Below are positions 11,880 through 25,158 of a stretch of DNA of 64,000 bases, piece by piece (position 1 is the stretch's first letter; every line of letters starts with the position of its first letter). A model generated the notes under the pieces. It had not been told where the DNA came from, did not search any database, and worked only from the letters and a program-made list of their open reading frames with translations. Both the position numbers and the translations under genes were made by a program. Source of the DNA: Callorhinchus milii (Eukaryota). The stretch is from contig NW_024704742.1 in the NCBI RefSeq assembly GCF_018977255.1, forward strand, positions 130,078,001-130,142,000. Reading direction: 5' to 3'.

Positions 11880-12105
11880 GAGAATTTAAGAGGAACTACT
11901 TAACGAAGAGGGTAGTGGAATTGTGTAACTCGCTATCAGAAGCAACAGTTGAATCAGATTGTGTAGATGCATTCAAGAGGAAGCTAGGGCTTCACATGAA
12001 GGAGGTGGTAGAAGATGTGTGTGGGAGAGAGTGAGTGGGTGAAGACTTGCGTGGAGTATAAACTGACATGGACTAGTTGGCCTGAGTGGCCTCAGTGTTC
12101 TGATG
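11880..12105 (+). mobile_element. Degenerate CR1-type 3' end
   Basis: AGAGGGTAGTGGAATTGTGTAACTCGCTATCAGAAGCAACAGTTGAATCAGA..GCATTCAAGAGGAAGCTAG..GACTAGTTGGCCTGAGTGGCCT. Confidence 0.55.
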
Positions 12106-14170
12106 TATGTGAGTGACCTGTTTCTGCGCTGTACATTCTTTGTAAAGTCCAAGTACAACTCTGCAAGTTTGGCGCGTTCAAATTCACCCAGACCACACAG
12201 TGCCATCCTCATGTGGGTAAAATGAAAGATCTAACAGTTTTATTGGTGACCTTCGAGATCTCCTAGAAGCAGTTTGGCTTCTCCATCTCTACAATTATTA
12301 CAGCGCTTGCATGAAGAACGAATGGTTTGGGGAACCAGTATTCAATAATATCTTGTTGAAGACAGGTGTCCCAAACTAAATGCAATATCCCAAATTGAGC
12401 CTCATCGATCCTTGACACATGGACAGGATAATCTGTTCCCATTTACAACTTCACTATAAACTGGAGCAATTGATTAGCCTGACTGATGCTGTCAAACAAT
12501 TTAGCAAATTTTCAAATATTGTTGCACTTTCTTTTATAAAAGACACAAACGATTTTTTTTGCAATTTGTTGTACATTTCCAGCACAGCAGAAAGCTTGAT
12601 TGTCATACTCACAAAGACGGTTGTACAATAATGCACTGAAGTTATTATGTAATCACATCAAGCAATGATATATACAGTACATTCATCACCTGCAATAGTG
12701 TAGTATTTGATAAAAACAATAGCTCCATCAAGCTAGGTTTTCATTTCCCAAATAGCAGCCCTGATGATTGCTGGCTGGTCCCTGGTTGAAACTGACCATC
12801 CCTTTGACAAGTTCAAATAAAGACTTCACACTGCCGTTCATGACACAGAGGCATCATGATTGAAATCCACTTCCGCTTAATGCAACATCTCTTTCACCAC
12901 AAGTAGCAGGATGAACTTTGGCTGCTGAGCTCCAACTTTGCCTCTAACAGTTACAATTTCTTCACCTTCCAAACACTTTAAACAGGTCTATCTAGCTCAG
13001 CGGTGTGAGCACTTTATACCAACCTACAAGCGACTCAAAGTCACCCGATCCTAGGAAGATCAGTTATGCAATGGTCATTTATAGTTGGACCCCCTTATAA
13101 TGGGATGCTTCAGGTCTCCTTAAAAAAAACTTGCGATACAAAGGAATCACTATAAAAATGGTCACCGGTCAGTGATTCTATGTCATCAGGACATCACTTC
13201 CTGTGTGCTGTGGTACAACAATGTCAACTTTCGCCAGATCTAGCAAATCTACTTTAATCAAACAAAATCCTCTCTTTACACCCTAGCTTCCCTCTTTAAT
13301 TGTCTTTCACTGTTCATGCATTGGTCCTCCTTGGCAATATTGCTCATTCTCAGGTATTAAGTGCACTGCACCTACACAGTGTTGCCTAAGTATCTTTTCC
13401 CGAAAAGTTGGCATGAGGTATTTATATCTTCTACCCTATTAAGATGGACACAGAATGGTTTAATTCCCCAAAGGGCAAAAAAACAATACTGTATCATGCC
13501 TCATACCAGTCTAGGCACAGTGAGCAGAACTGTCTAATCCTGCGGTGCAGGAGCTCCAGGGTTATGCAACCGCATCTGAGAACCATTTACAGTGGTCCAC
13601 AGTCCTCTTTAACTCTGGTGCTTCACTGGAGGTTCATTACAATTAAAATGAGCTCCGAACTACTCCCTCCAAGCAAAACCCTCATGTTGGCCTTGCTGTA
13701 CAAGGATTACATCAGTTAAAAACAGTACTTAATTTGCAGCATTTTAAAAACATTAATTCTGCACCACAATAAACATGACCGCGCCCATCCCTCCCCTCCC
13801 CCGTAATTTTATTGCAAATTGCATGAAGGAAAATGACATTAAAAATCAGAGGGTTAAGAATGTTCAGGAAGGCCCTGCTGGATTCCTCAAACAAGATGTT
13901 GCTAACATAGCATCTGGTATTAGAAACACTGCATCCAATTTCTGAAAATGAAACACAGATGTTTGACCGCTCTTTCAGCTGGTTTAAACCAAAGCCGTGG
14001 GGGGGAGGGGAGGAAGGAGATAGAGAAGCATTGCAGCAAATCTAACATTGGAATTTTCAACCCCCTCAACAAATGTGCAACTCACAGACAGGGAGCTGGG
14101 ATCATTGCCCAATTCATTCCAATGAAACTAAAACCACGAATGGCAAGAATTGTCAGCTTGCCTTTTTTTT

Positions 14171-14547
14171 GGTCTGACACGCGGAAACCCATCACCACGT
14201 ACCCATATCAAGCTGAGAATTCTATGCATCCAACCTACGTACGGAGATCCCAGAGATAGATTGTTGGAATGGAATGCACTCTCTCTCCCTGGAGGGACGC
14301 ACGCTGCTTGCCTAATTCCACAGAGTATTAAGCACAGGTTGACAAGAGCCAAGGCTTGGGGACCTCAGAGTGTACGTTGGGGTACTGCTGGAGTCTAACC
14401 ATTAGCTTTCCATTGATATTGCTGTCTGGCAAGTTTTCCCACTGCTTGTCCAGCTAGGACCACCAGACCCGTTAGGGCTTCAGCTTGCAGGTTTTACAGG
14501 AGCTGAGTGGGAGGATTCCCTGTCCCCAGTGACTGGTCTGCCCTTCC
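14171..14547 (+). repeat. Unclassified interspersed repeat, copy 1 (inverted copy at 15826-16191, partial direct copy at about 26159-26310)
   Basis: Colinear similarity by eye, for example CATTGATATTGCTGTCTGGCAAG..TTGTCCAGCTAGGACCACC and CCCCAGTGACTGGTCTGCCCTTCC. Confidence 0.75.
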
Positions 14548-14849
14548 GCATGGGAAACTTGCGTCTCGCTTGCTGCAGAAATCCAATCCGTTCCTTCGTG
14601 AACCTTTTACTCTACAATAATTTTCAACGTCTAAATTACAGGGCATTTTGCAAAAACAAGTCTGTAATCAGCCGGCAGCTCGCATTGCAACCGAACATTT
14701 AATTTATAATACTCTAAACATCAAGTCTCAGAAGTAACATACACCATTATTAAGATGGGTGTGGCTTTACAAAGGCAGATTCCAAAACCATGTAGAGCCA
14801 CTGTGTAAAGCTAAGGCCCAATAAACCATAATACACAGGAAGTGCAGCA

Positions 14850-15005
14850 TGCAACAACATTTGTATAACGCCTTTCACGTCCCAAGGCACTGGACATTCA
14901 GGGATTTGGAAATGAATTGGGGGTTGGGATCAAGACGCGTGGAGGGCAGGGAGAGGAGACCAAAGGCACGAGGAAAAGGTCTTGAGATGTGCCTCGAAGG
15001 AGGCA
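14850..15005 (-). mobile_element. L2 LINE 3'-end fragment (degenerate)
   Basis: CAACATTTGTATAACGCCTTTCACGTCCCAAGGCACTGGAC followed by sequence like the other L2 3' ends. Confidence 0.6.
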
Positions 15006-18000
15006 AGTATATACAATATACACAGTCCTTACACTTTACAGTATATCCTGTGAAGCTCTTTAAGGCATCCTTCCGACATAAAAGGGGCTGTACCAAATGC
15101 AAGGACTGCTGTACAGCCCCTCCCCGCCCCCCGAAAATTGTACGCCAAGATTTCTAAACAAGATTTAAATGTTGAGGGTGGGGCACCAAAATATTTTCTT
15201 TCTTTTCCTTCTTCTTCACCCCACCTCTAGGGCAATGACCCCTAAAGTCGCTCAAAGCTAAAAATAACCCCTCTATAAATTCATTCATCCTACATTCCAA
15301 AAAAGGTTCAGCTGGTCAGCAACTGTACGGAGCATGACCACTCACTCAGCAATGTTAGACCAAATTAAGGGTAGCTGCCAAAACAAGCAAAGTGGCTTGG
15401 AATGTTTGGAACATACTGTGCTTTTTCAAAAATAGTTATTTTCTTTAGACAATCTGACATTTCTGTACCCGAATATCACCACAAATACGCAACTGGTGAA
15501 AGTGTCGCTTAATTGGGCAGGGCTGTGGGCACCAAGGTGGTGCTGATGCTCTCACACCTTTCATGCTGGTGTGCTGCTTGCTCACTGAGATGCTCTCAAG
15601 GAGCTACATGAAATGACTATCCTCATGTAGGGAGGGAGGTATGTGGGATTTATTCTCCTTGGGGCGTGTTAAGCAGGATCTCCTTGGAGCTGAACTGGCA
15701 ATGGAATGTTGGAATCGAGCCCTCTCTGGCAGTCTCAATAGTCCGGTTCCTTAGTCAGGAGGGTCGGCAGTATTCCAAGGCATTGCTGATGACAGGACAG
15801 CCAGCCTGGCTCACTGACAGGACCAGGAAGGGCAGACCAGTCACTGGGGGCAGGGAATAAAGCCAAAGCCCTGAGGGTAGGGTGGTCCTAGCTGGACAAA
15901 CAGCAGGAAAGCTTGCCAGACAGCAATATCAATGACAAGCAAATCGGTTTTAGCTGGTTAGACTTCGACAGTACCTCAACGCACACTCTGGAGTCCCCCA
16001 GCCTTGGCCATTGCCATCCTGTGCCTAATACTTTCTGGAATAAGGTAAGCAGGATGCTTCCCTCCAGGAGAGTGCGCATTCCATTCTATCAATCTATCTC
16101 CGAGATTTCCATGTGTAGTTAGGATGTATGGAATACTCAGTTTGATTTGGATACCCTGAGCATGATGGTAAGTTTCCGCATATGTCAGACCCTCTATTCA
16201 CCAAAAGAGGTAAGTGGGGTGTTCTGAGTTGGCTTCGAGGTGACTTGCTTGACAAAAGAAAGTCGGAATCAAGTCAACTGTCTGTGACGATTTGGGTAGT
16301 CTGCTTCCTGAGCAAGGGTGGTCTTCAGTGCACCAAGACCTGCTGATGACTGACTGGACAGCCTGGTTCATCGGCAGAACTTGGAGATAGAAGTTTTTCT
16401 CACACAGCTTCCATCAACCCTGAAAGCCAGATCTCTAATAAGCTGGTTGAACAAGCACCAGGAAGCTTGGTAGGCAGTATTCACAATGGCAGGTCGTGAG
16501 GCACTCCATTGCACACTCCAGGGCGCTACCAGTGTGAAGGGCACTATATAAATACAAGCTGTTGTTGTTGTGGTTGTTAGCTCTAGTCAAGCTAGTTCTT
16601 TCCAGAATTAGGTGAGAAGTAGCATGCATACCTCTGGAAAGAGCTTGTGTGCTCAATTCCAGATATGCATGGAAATTTGGCATAGCAGCAAGACATTCCA
16701 GTGTGCCACATATGAAATTTCCACGTGTAGATGCCATGCACACGTGTCTCTCTTCGTCTGACCTGGGTACTTGGGCGTGGTGATGGATTTGCATGCGTGT
16801 ACAGCTAACAAGAAAAATCCCAAGAGATTGTGCAGCTGCAACAAAAAAAATCTTTCGACAACTTTTTATGGGGCACGATTTCAGGCTGCTGCACCAGGGC
16901 TGAATTTGACTGAGAGGGAAATATTCCACACGACTTGCTACAATAAATAAGTACATGTATAAATAAATGATAGAAAAATAGATAACCCAGTTTGCCTACA
17001 ACACCTCAAATTCTACACTGCGGGTATCGTTCTAAAATACCTATGGTCACTTCCCCCCTCGCCCTTTGCCTTGCCCCAGTGTATAACCCTGCCATTGGGC
17101 AGTGCTCACACATTATTGTGCTTTAAGGGCGCTAAAAAAATGCAAGCTGTTGTTATAGTGAACAATTCGCCTTAAAAACACACACAGTCACTACACTTGA
17201 CACCAGTTAACTAAGAAGCCCTTTAAAACATTTCAACCCTACCTCAAATGCAAGCCTTGCATTAATTATGTAGGAACAAGGGAAGTACGTCTAGGTCTGT
17301 GCAAACGCCAGTGAGTTTTCAAACCGTCCAAAAAGGACTGAAATACTTAAACACAAATGGAGAAGGAAATTCCCAGATTATGACGTACACATTACATACT
17401 GACCGCTTAGGGATAAATAAAAAAAATGAGAGAAAAATGCAGACATACAATGCCGCTGAACAGCATACCAGTCATTTCCTATGTGCATTGCTTAAAAACG
17501 TACACACCCTCTGGATCACAGGCTGCCACTCTTCCTCATTACACATTCCGCAGCGCCGATTATGTGCTTCTTACTTCCCAAATGAGCAGCATGCCTGGAA
17601 TGCCGGCATGGAAGCAGATTCCCTGGATGATGATTAAAGCTTGACCGCTAACAATACAGTCACTTCCTGCCTCTGCCAGCACGCCTTAAAAGGGAATCAT
17701 TTGCCACTTAAGAAAAAGTATCTGTGGTGCAATGGAACAGGCTGCATAAGGAAAGCAGCACTTCACTAAGAATGCAGTAATTTCTCTCTCTCTCTCTCCA
17801 CGCCCTCTCCCTCTGGCTCCCCGCAATATTGAAATGAAAAGCTTTGCAATTCAGACAGTTTTGAAGGAACGTAACAGCAATTGTGGTAAACTGGCCTTTG
17901 ACAGTTAGATAAACGTAATCTCAAAGTTTTCACTATTTAATAAGTATTTAGCAACATGGCCATGAAGGGTAGTAGGTGAACTAACTGTCTTTATATTTAA

Positions 18001-18702
18001 TAAGGGCTTTCAGCCCAGTAGAAGATTCAGCAGCAGCACGCACAGTCTCAAGACTTTTTCTTCCATCTTTCCCTTCCCCACCCTCTTCAGCTCCAATTTC
18101 CGCCCCCCCCCCCCCCAACTCCTGACATCAAACACGCTATACAAGTGTAAATTGTATTAAATAAACTGGCCACTGAATTTCAGCTGATTGCTTCCTTTAT
18201 AGTCGGTTGTTCAATGTGGTACAAGCAAATGTTGATTCGTTCCAAAAAAAATTTGCTCGATGTGCAATTTTTTAAAAAGAAACTTTGCCGACTATTAACA
18301 TGACGTCATTTTGTTAAGCAAAGCATTCTCAGGTTCTGACTGATTGACTGACACAGTGAATGATTTTACAAAACAATTCTCTTTAAACTATACAGTACTT
18401 TCATTTTCACTCTTGACATTTTTTTTTCCTCCTCCTAATGGCACCAACTTTTGTTAGGTTGCCCTGCACCCTCCATTGCCTTTCATTTGTGACCTTGCTG
18501 CCTCTGAGCAAAGTAATGTCATATAACCTTCAAACCTTCTTTAAATGGATATTTTTGACTGCACTTTCCCACATTTCCCCCTCGGTGCTCCCCATCATAT
18601 CGTTTAAACTCACTGACACGTTCATCCTACGTGAAAGTCAAGCTGGTGTAACTGTTACATGTTCTGGAATCATTATAATACAAATCACTGTATTTGATAT
18701 AT

Positions 18703-19019
18703 TAATAATAATAATCCTTGCATTTGATATAGCGCTTTTCACGTCGGGAGGACGTCCCAAAGCAATTCACAGAACACAATGTAAAGTGAATTGACTGCAT
18801 ATTTGTGGGCGAACGCGGCAGCCAATTGCGCACAGCAATGTCCCACAAACAGTCGTAGATTGAAAATGACCAATTTATTATTATTTGGGGGTTTGGAGGG
18901 ATTATTATTAGGCGTGTGGAGTAAGGAAACTTGCCCAAGGTTTCGCCCTCTGCCTGGAATTGAACCCAGGTCTCTCGCTTGCAAAGCGAGTGCTCTAACC
19001 ACTGAGCTACAGGACTCCA
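18703..19019 (-). mobile_element. tRNA-Ala-derived SINE, young short subfamily
   Basis: Full copy, inserted in the tail of an older SINE. Confidence 0.92.
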
Positions 19020-19020
19020 T

Positions 19021-19310
19021 GTGCCTTATCACATCGTTAAGACATCTCAAAGAGCTTCACAGAATATACTGTAAAGTGAATTGACAGTATATTTTTGTGG
19101 GTGAAACATGGCAGCCAATTGCACACAGCAGTGTCCCACAAACAGTTGTGGATTGACTGACCAATTTTTAAAGAAAATTTCCTACTTACTGCTAGGTAAA
19201 CAGAGGCGTGTGGAGTAAGGAAACTTGCCCAATGTTTCACCCTCCCAGGAATCAAACCGATGTCTCTCGCTTGTGAGGCGAGTGTTCTAACCACTGAGCT
19301 GCCAAACTTC
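19021..19310 (-). mobile_element. tRNA-derived SINE, old long subfamily (tail end displaced to about 18680-18701)
   Basis: GCCTCTGTTTACCTAGCAGTAAGTAGGAA block and old-type head. Confidence 0.82.
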
Positions 19311-19419
19311 ATTGCATGTTGAATTATTGCACCCCATTAATGTGCTTTTATTCCAAAGGCAACAGTCTATATGCAAGAGGAACAGCATCGCAGCTAACTA
19401 TAAAAACACCCAACTCTAA

Positions 19420-19790
19420 TAATGTCAGTCTGGATCAGGTCGTAGCACCTCTGGTGCCTTTCATGAAGGTTGTCAGTTCAAACCCAATTTCAAGACTTAG
19501 CAGTCCAATGCAATGGTGAGGGTGTGCTGCATTGCCGCAGGTGCTATCCTTCAGATGACACATTCAATCAAAATCTCTTCTGCCTGTTCCAGTGGACATT
19601 TAAGATCCTGTGGCAATATTTGAAAAGAGAAGGGAGTTTCTCCTGGTGTCCTGGCCAACAATCCCCTAAATAAAATTGGCCATTCACTCCCGTTTGTGGG
19701 ACATTGCTGTGTGTAAAATACAGTCATACCACTTTTCAGTATATCCTGTCTCAACAAAAACACGATAAGACATTATCAAATGCAACGATT
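19420..19790 (+). mobile_element. Ancient Deu-domain SINE (SacSINE1/AmnSINE1-like), full length and degenerate
   Basis: tRNA-like head, then GAGGGTGTGCTGCATTGCCGCAGGTGC..TTCAGATGA..GTGGACATTTAAGATCCTGTGGCA..GGAGTTTCTCCTGGTGTCCTGGCCAA, matching the Deu domain as I recall it. Confidence 0.7.
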
Positions 19791-20929
19791 ATTACAACAC
19801 AATATATATTTTACATTTATATAGCACCTTTCACACTGGGAGGTTGTCCCAGAAATATATATGGTCTTTGTCTCACCCACTGTTCCTTGAAGCCTAGCTG
19901 TCTCCCTCAAAGGCCATTGGCATCTTCCTAACCTAACGCCTGCCACCTTTTCCTCTCCCCACCCCCAACACCCATCTGTCCTGCTTCCCATGTCCACCTG
20001 TCTGCCACCAGCTTATAAAGTCTTCCTCAAAAGTCTCGCCATTAGCAGCTGTTGTTGATTTGAGGCTGACATAAACTACACTGGGATTTGAGACATGACT
20101 ACACTGAGATCCGTTAAACAGTCATGTTCAGATTTATTGGTTTTCAAATCAGAAACAAAATTCTACGAACATTTACTCTTACACGTCAACCCGAGGGACT
20201 CACGATACACATTGGATAGGATGTAAAAACAATGGGTATTTCTAGTACTGTTTTTAATATTACGTTGGACACTGCACAAAAATGCTACTTCATTCCTTTT
20301 TTACAGCTCAATCTGAAAGCATCAGTACTACTTTCGCACAATGAAAAAAAACAGACTTAAAAAGGACAGAGTCAGCAAATTCAACCATTTAAGGACAAAT
20401 CTCAGATGTGAAAGTTGGTGCAGAGTGTACTTGAGTAATATCTTATCCATAATTCTGTTGCTGAAGTACTGCAAGAGAGAAATTCTGGGTGTGTGAGCAT
20501 AGTTACGTGGAGACATTTGGGAGAGAGATTTGTATTATCAAGCAGAAAATATTAATTATTGAGTAATGCTGGTAAAATAAATATTGTACTTATTTTCTGG
20601 TGATCAACTGCAGACAACTCAATAGATCTGTATCAGATCATCACCCATCTGGATGCTCGAACAGGAGGCAAAGTATACCACCAACACCACAATAATTTAT
20701 ATTTATAGAGTGCCATTAGCATTGGGAGGACGGCTCAAAGCGCTTCACAAAGCTGATTGGGAACCTGAGCTTTAGCAGTGTGGCGCGGGGATGGGTGGAA
20801 GACAGAAGGTGGCCAAAGTGCAAATCAACAAGATGGGCCTTAAAGGCAGGTTCTAAAGCCAGGAAAGGAGGGAAGAAATACTGAGATTTAATAATATCTG
20901 AAATTCGATCTTGCATAGTTCTTCCTCTT

Positions 20930-21080
20930 CGACCGTGCCTTCGATCACCCTCCTTCCCCCATTTCCATCCACCCTCTCTGATCCCGACCCCCAGCTTGGG
21001 TAGGAAACCCTGGTTATCCAGACCCTTGGGACGGTCTCCCGACATGAAAGGTGCTATACAAATGTAATTTTGTTGTTGTT
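20930..21080 (+). mobile_element. L2 LINE 3' end
   Basis: ...CCCAGCTTGGG...TCCAGACCCTTGGGACGGTCTCCCGACATGAAAGGTGCTATACAAATGTAATTTTGTTGTTGTT. Confidence 0.75.
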
Positions 21081-22333
21081 GAATTTGCTAACTCCCGTCC
21101 TTTTTAAGGACTATAAAGTATACACACAGATTTACAGGATGCTGACAGTCACCAGTGCACTCTAAAATCAGATCCTACTACAGTGGACAAAAGAGTGGCT
21201 CCAATTTCCACAAGTCTAAGCAGCCATTCACAGCATATTTTACATCAAATGGGCAGTTCTTTTCACTTTTCAGAGCCAGACTCTTAGGTTTATACTTGCC
21301 CCTCAGGCACGGAACCTAGCCAAACACAACAGGTTTGTGAAATTAATGCAAGATTAAAATATGCATTGGTACAAAATATTTGTTACATGGAGTTTATCCA
21401 CTGTGTACGTAATTGTGAAATAAATATTTGGGTAAGGATCTCATTAGCGAGATAATATCACAAATGGGAGGCATTCTCCTCAAACATGTCTACAAGCCCA
21501 GATAGAAAACACACGCGCGCTCAGTAGCTCTGACTTTCCTTACTCTTATACAACTGAACAAAGTGTTGTAAATTGCTTATTTTTTTAAAAAAAGTTTAGG
21601 GTTTGAAATAATAATTCCAGTTGCAGATACTGTTCCTAGAGATCACTTAGTTTGATATTTCTAAAAATTGTTACCTAAAGAATGTCAAACACATAATTTA
21701 TATAAAAAAACCAAAAAGTTCTGAACGTGCAAATAGCAGATATCAATAAATAATTCCGTTCTATTCTACAGTCAACAGAATGTTTCTGTGCAGAATGAAA
21801 ACCCTCGAGTGCCAAACATGACATATTGAAGTTTAAAAGTCTTGAACCTTGGACCTTGTTACATACAATAGGCCAATGTGTGGGCAGATAACCAGACCCC
21901 AGTAGCTTGAACCACTGCAGTCCCACTGAAACCCCTCATTCATGATGCAACTCTCCCTCACTGCGTTCAATGCTACAGAATATCCTGTTTCAATACTTTG
22001 ATTCAAACTACATTTTATTTAAAAGGAAAATAAAAATCAGATATAATATAGCACCTTTCTCGTCAAGAAGACATTTCAAAGCACTCAACACTGTTGGGTG
22101 AGGCACCCAAGATGGTGATAGAATCCAAATAGGTTGGAGAGGAGACAGAGGACCAAAAGTGCTGTCACAAAGGAACATCTTGAGAAGGACCGTGAGGAAG
22201 GGAAGGGAGGAAGCCAGTCAGAGGGACTTCGGGATTGAGTTCCAGAGAGCGGAGGCAGAATGACTGAAAGCCTGACCGACAACCGAGTTTTAGCACATAG
22301 GAAGAAATTGTAGCTTTCCTGAAGATCAGAAAA

Positions 22334-22595
22334 ACAACAAAATTACATTTGTTTAGTGCCTTTCACGTCGAGAGGACATCCCATGACAGAATTTCGGACC
22401 CGAGTTGGTGGTCGGGATCAGTGGAGGGCAGGGGGCGAAGCAGGCAGATCAAAAGCACGGTCAAAGAGGAGGGTCTTTAGATGGGTCTTGAAGGTGGCAA
22501 GGGAGGGAGCGAGGTGGAGGGACTGCAGGATGGAGTTCCAGAAGGTGGGGGCAGAGTGGCAGAGGACCCGCCTGCCAATAGTGGGGCGAGCGAGA
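22334..22595 (-). mobile_element. L2 LINE 3'-end fragment
   Basis: Minus translation TIGRRVLCHSAPTFWNSILQSLHLAPSLATFKTHLKTLLF, then a tail remnant. Confidence 0.8.
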
Positions 22596-23907
22596 CTATA
22601 AAACAATAACGTTTATAATATAGTATCAAGGTTTACTATGTTATGAAAACACTCCTTCCCTTTGGTTTATTTAGCTTTCACTGCAATGTAATAATAATAA
22701 CAATCCTTGCATTCGATATGACACCTTATCATGTCTGCAAAACGTCTCAGAGCGCTTCATAAAATATACTGTAAAGTGAACTGAATATTTTGTGAGCAAA
22801 ATGCAGCAATAGCAATATCAGGTCAATGAGACTTTCTTTAGTGACATCCATTCTCCCCCCCACCCCTTCCTCCCCAGGATATTTATTGTTCAACTTGTTG
22901 TACTGATGGTAGCTGGATTGAATGACATTGGAATTTTGAAGACGTGCTGTGCTCTCTTCAGCATCTCCTATGCTATATTTGGGGAAAGGGGAAGCAGAAG
23001 AAATAGAACTGATCCAATAATAGCTACATTTCATCACTAACATTTTCTTAAAGAAATTACAACTCTGCAAAAGAAAGCCATCATCATGGTAATGTGACTT
23101 GAGTTTCACAAAAATATTTTTACAGCATTTTTTAAAAAAAGGAAATAAAGCAATACATCTCAGCCTGGCTTTAGCCAGAAGACCCCAGTCAGCTGAAACT
23201 CCTACTAGTCAGAAAAGGAAGGAAATATGGTCGGCAACATTTACTCTGTATGTTCGTTCTAACAACGTGATGTATCTAAACATATAGTTTGAACTCGCAG
23301 ATGTACCTTAAGAATTTCACAGTAGCTTCACGAAACAAGGGAACTGCTGTCTTTTTTTTAAAAATCCACTTTTTAAAAAAAAATTAGGGCTTATAGATTT
23401 TAATTCCTGGGTCAGCTTCATGGAACAACTAGCATTCAGTTTGGGCACCGTGAATAAAGTGTAAAACTCGCACAAGTCTGATCTGTATAAATCGTATAAT
23501 CACCTAGGTCATACATCTGCCCCAAGTCCTGTTCAAGAGTTTGTATTCTATGCAAGTTTGACATAATAGAAACTAAAACCTGAAAGTATAAACCTGAAAG
23601 GATTGGTGACATGCACCCATTCATTCACTTTTTGTCCTCCCTTTCTCACTCCACGTTTAATTGTGTAGCTTCAACTTCATTTCACTCCCAATTTGTGGGA
23701 CACTGCTGATGTGAACGACTGCTGTGTCTGTCTACAAGAACACGTCACTACACTAATAAAGATTCCTGACGTGCTTCAAAGCAGTTTCAAGATGTGGGGC
23801 TGTCAAGTTCTTCCAGATGTGTAAAAACGGCAGAAAATAATCTACCTTTAAAACAAGCACTGACTTCACAAACCAGTTAAATTTTTGAAATTCATACAGG
23901 GCTAGAT

Positions 23908-24052
23908 TTTTTTTGGAGGGATTATTACCCCCGGGAAAGCGATCCGCCAATCGACAAATAACCAGGTTCCTACTTACTGCTTGGGTAAACAGAGGCGCGT
24001 AGAGTAAGGAAACCCGCCTAAGGTTTTGCCCCGCCTAGCAATCGAACCCGAG
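23908..24052 (-). mobile_element. Old long SINE, internal fragment
   Basis: Contains the complete extra internal block. Confidence 0.75.
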
Positions 24053-25158
24053 ACAAGCAAGCAAACCACGACACTATGGGACTCCACAATCCTTGATTTT
24101 ACAGCAGAGAAAGGCAGCCATTGGGCTTACCAGCACTTTGAACGGAAACAAACTCCAGATAATTCCAGTTCCACAACTCGGTCGCCGTGAATTAACACAT
24201 GCTGTTTCCCAACAAAAGTGCCACTTCTTAAAAACAGTCAGTGCCCCTTTAAAATGGAACCGTGGATGGTAACCAGCTATTGCAGTGGCTGTTGAAATGT
24301 CTATAACGTAAACACAGACATACCTACCACCCACCTTATCTCTACAGGACTTGCTGCTAAACCTTTGACCACACTCTGAAAACACTGACGTGTTCGCTGA
24401 CTACCAATGCAGATTGTACTTTCTGCTTCCCTTGCTTCTTCTATCTGTGAATCAAAAGGAATTGTTTACTCAGAAAATTTACACTGCATTTAGATCAGAC
24501 AAAAATTAGCCCTCATGTGGGGACGGGGATTCAGACACTGAGCATCAACGTACTATCGCTATTTAAAACACATCTTCAGCACAAAAGACTGAATGGTGAT
24601 CATCTCCAGACAGCTCCCCGACTTGAGTGAGAGTGAGCATTTAGAAACTTTGATATGCACATATTGGAAAGAAAGGCATCACAGATGTGTTACGAGGCAC
24701 ATATTGTATCACTCGGTTGCATTCTTCCTGGGTTTGCTTGCAACCGAGTGATACAGTATAAGACACTGACAAACATGGCAGACTTCCTGCCCCTAACCTC
24801 AGGATGACAAGCAGCAATATCAAAAAGTAACAGTGCTGCTGTTGCGCGACAGGGATAAACGTTCCAATGTTTGTTGGATGGGAAGAGAATCCTATTTACA
24901 ATCAAATGATAGTTAAACTGCGCAACAAGTTGAGTCTGGCTCCTATCTGCAGTAACAAAGATAAACACACAAAGACGAAAGTTGCACTTTTATAGTCCTC
25001 TTATCACACCCAAACATCAGAGAGCTTTACATGAATTGTGGTGTGGAGCTGGTCATTTGCATTCATTTTGCACTCAGCGCAGTCCCACAAACCACTATTA
25101 GGTGAATTTCTGACCGAGCTGGAAAATTCACCTCCTTCCCTCCCCTCCTCCAACCTGG

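Noticed and set aside
24324..24375. Possible extra 52-nt minus-strand exon (ttttcag|AGTG...GTAG|gtatgt)
   Set aside because: The pyrimidine tract is very short with a competing AG just upstream, so it is not distinguishable from chance splice-like sites.
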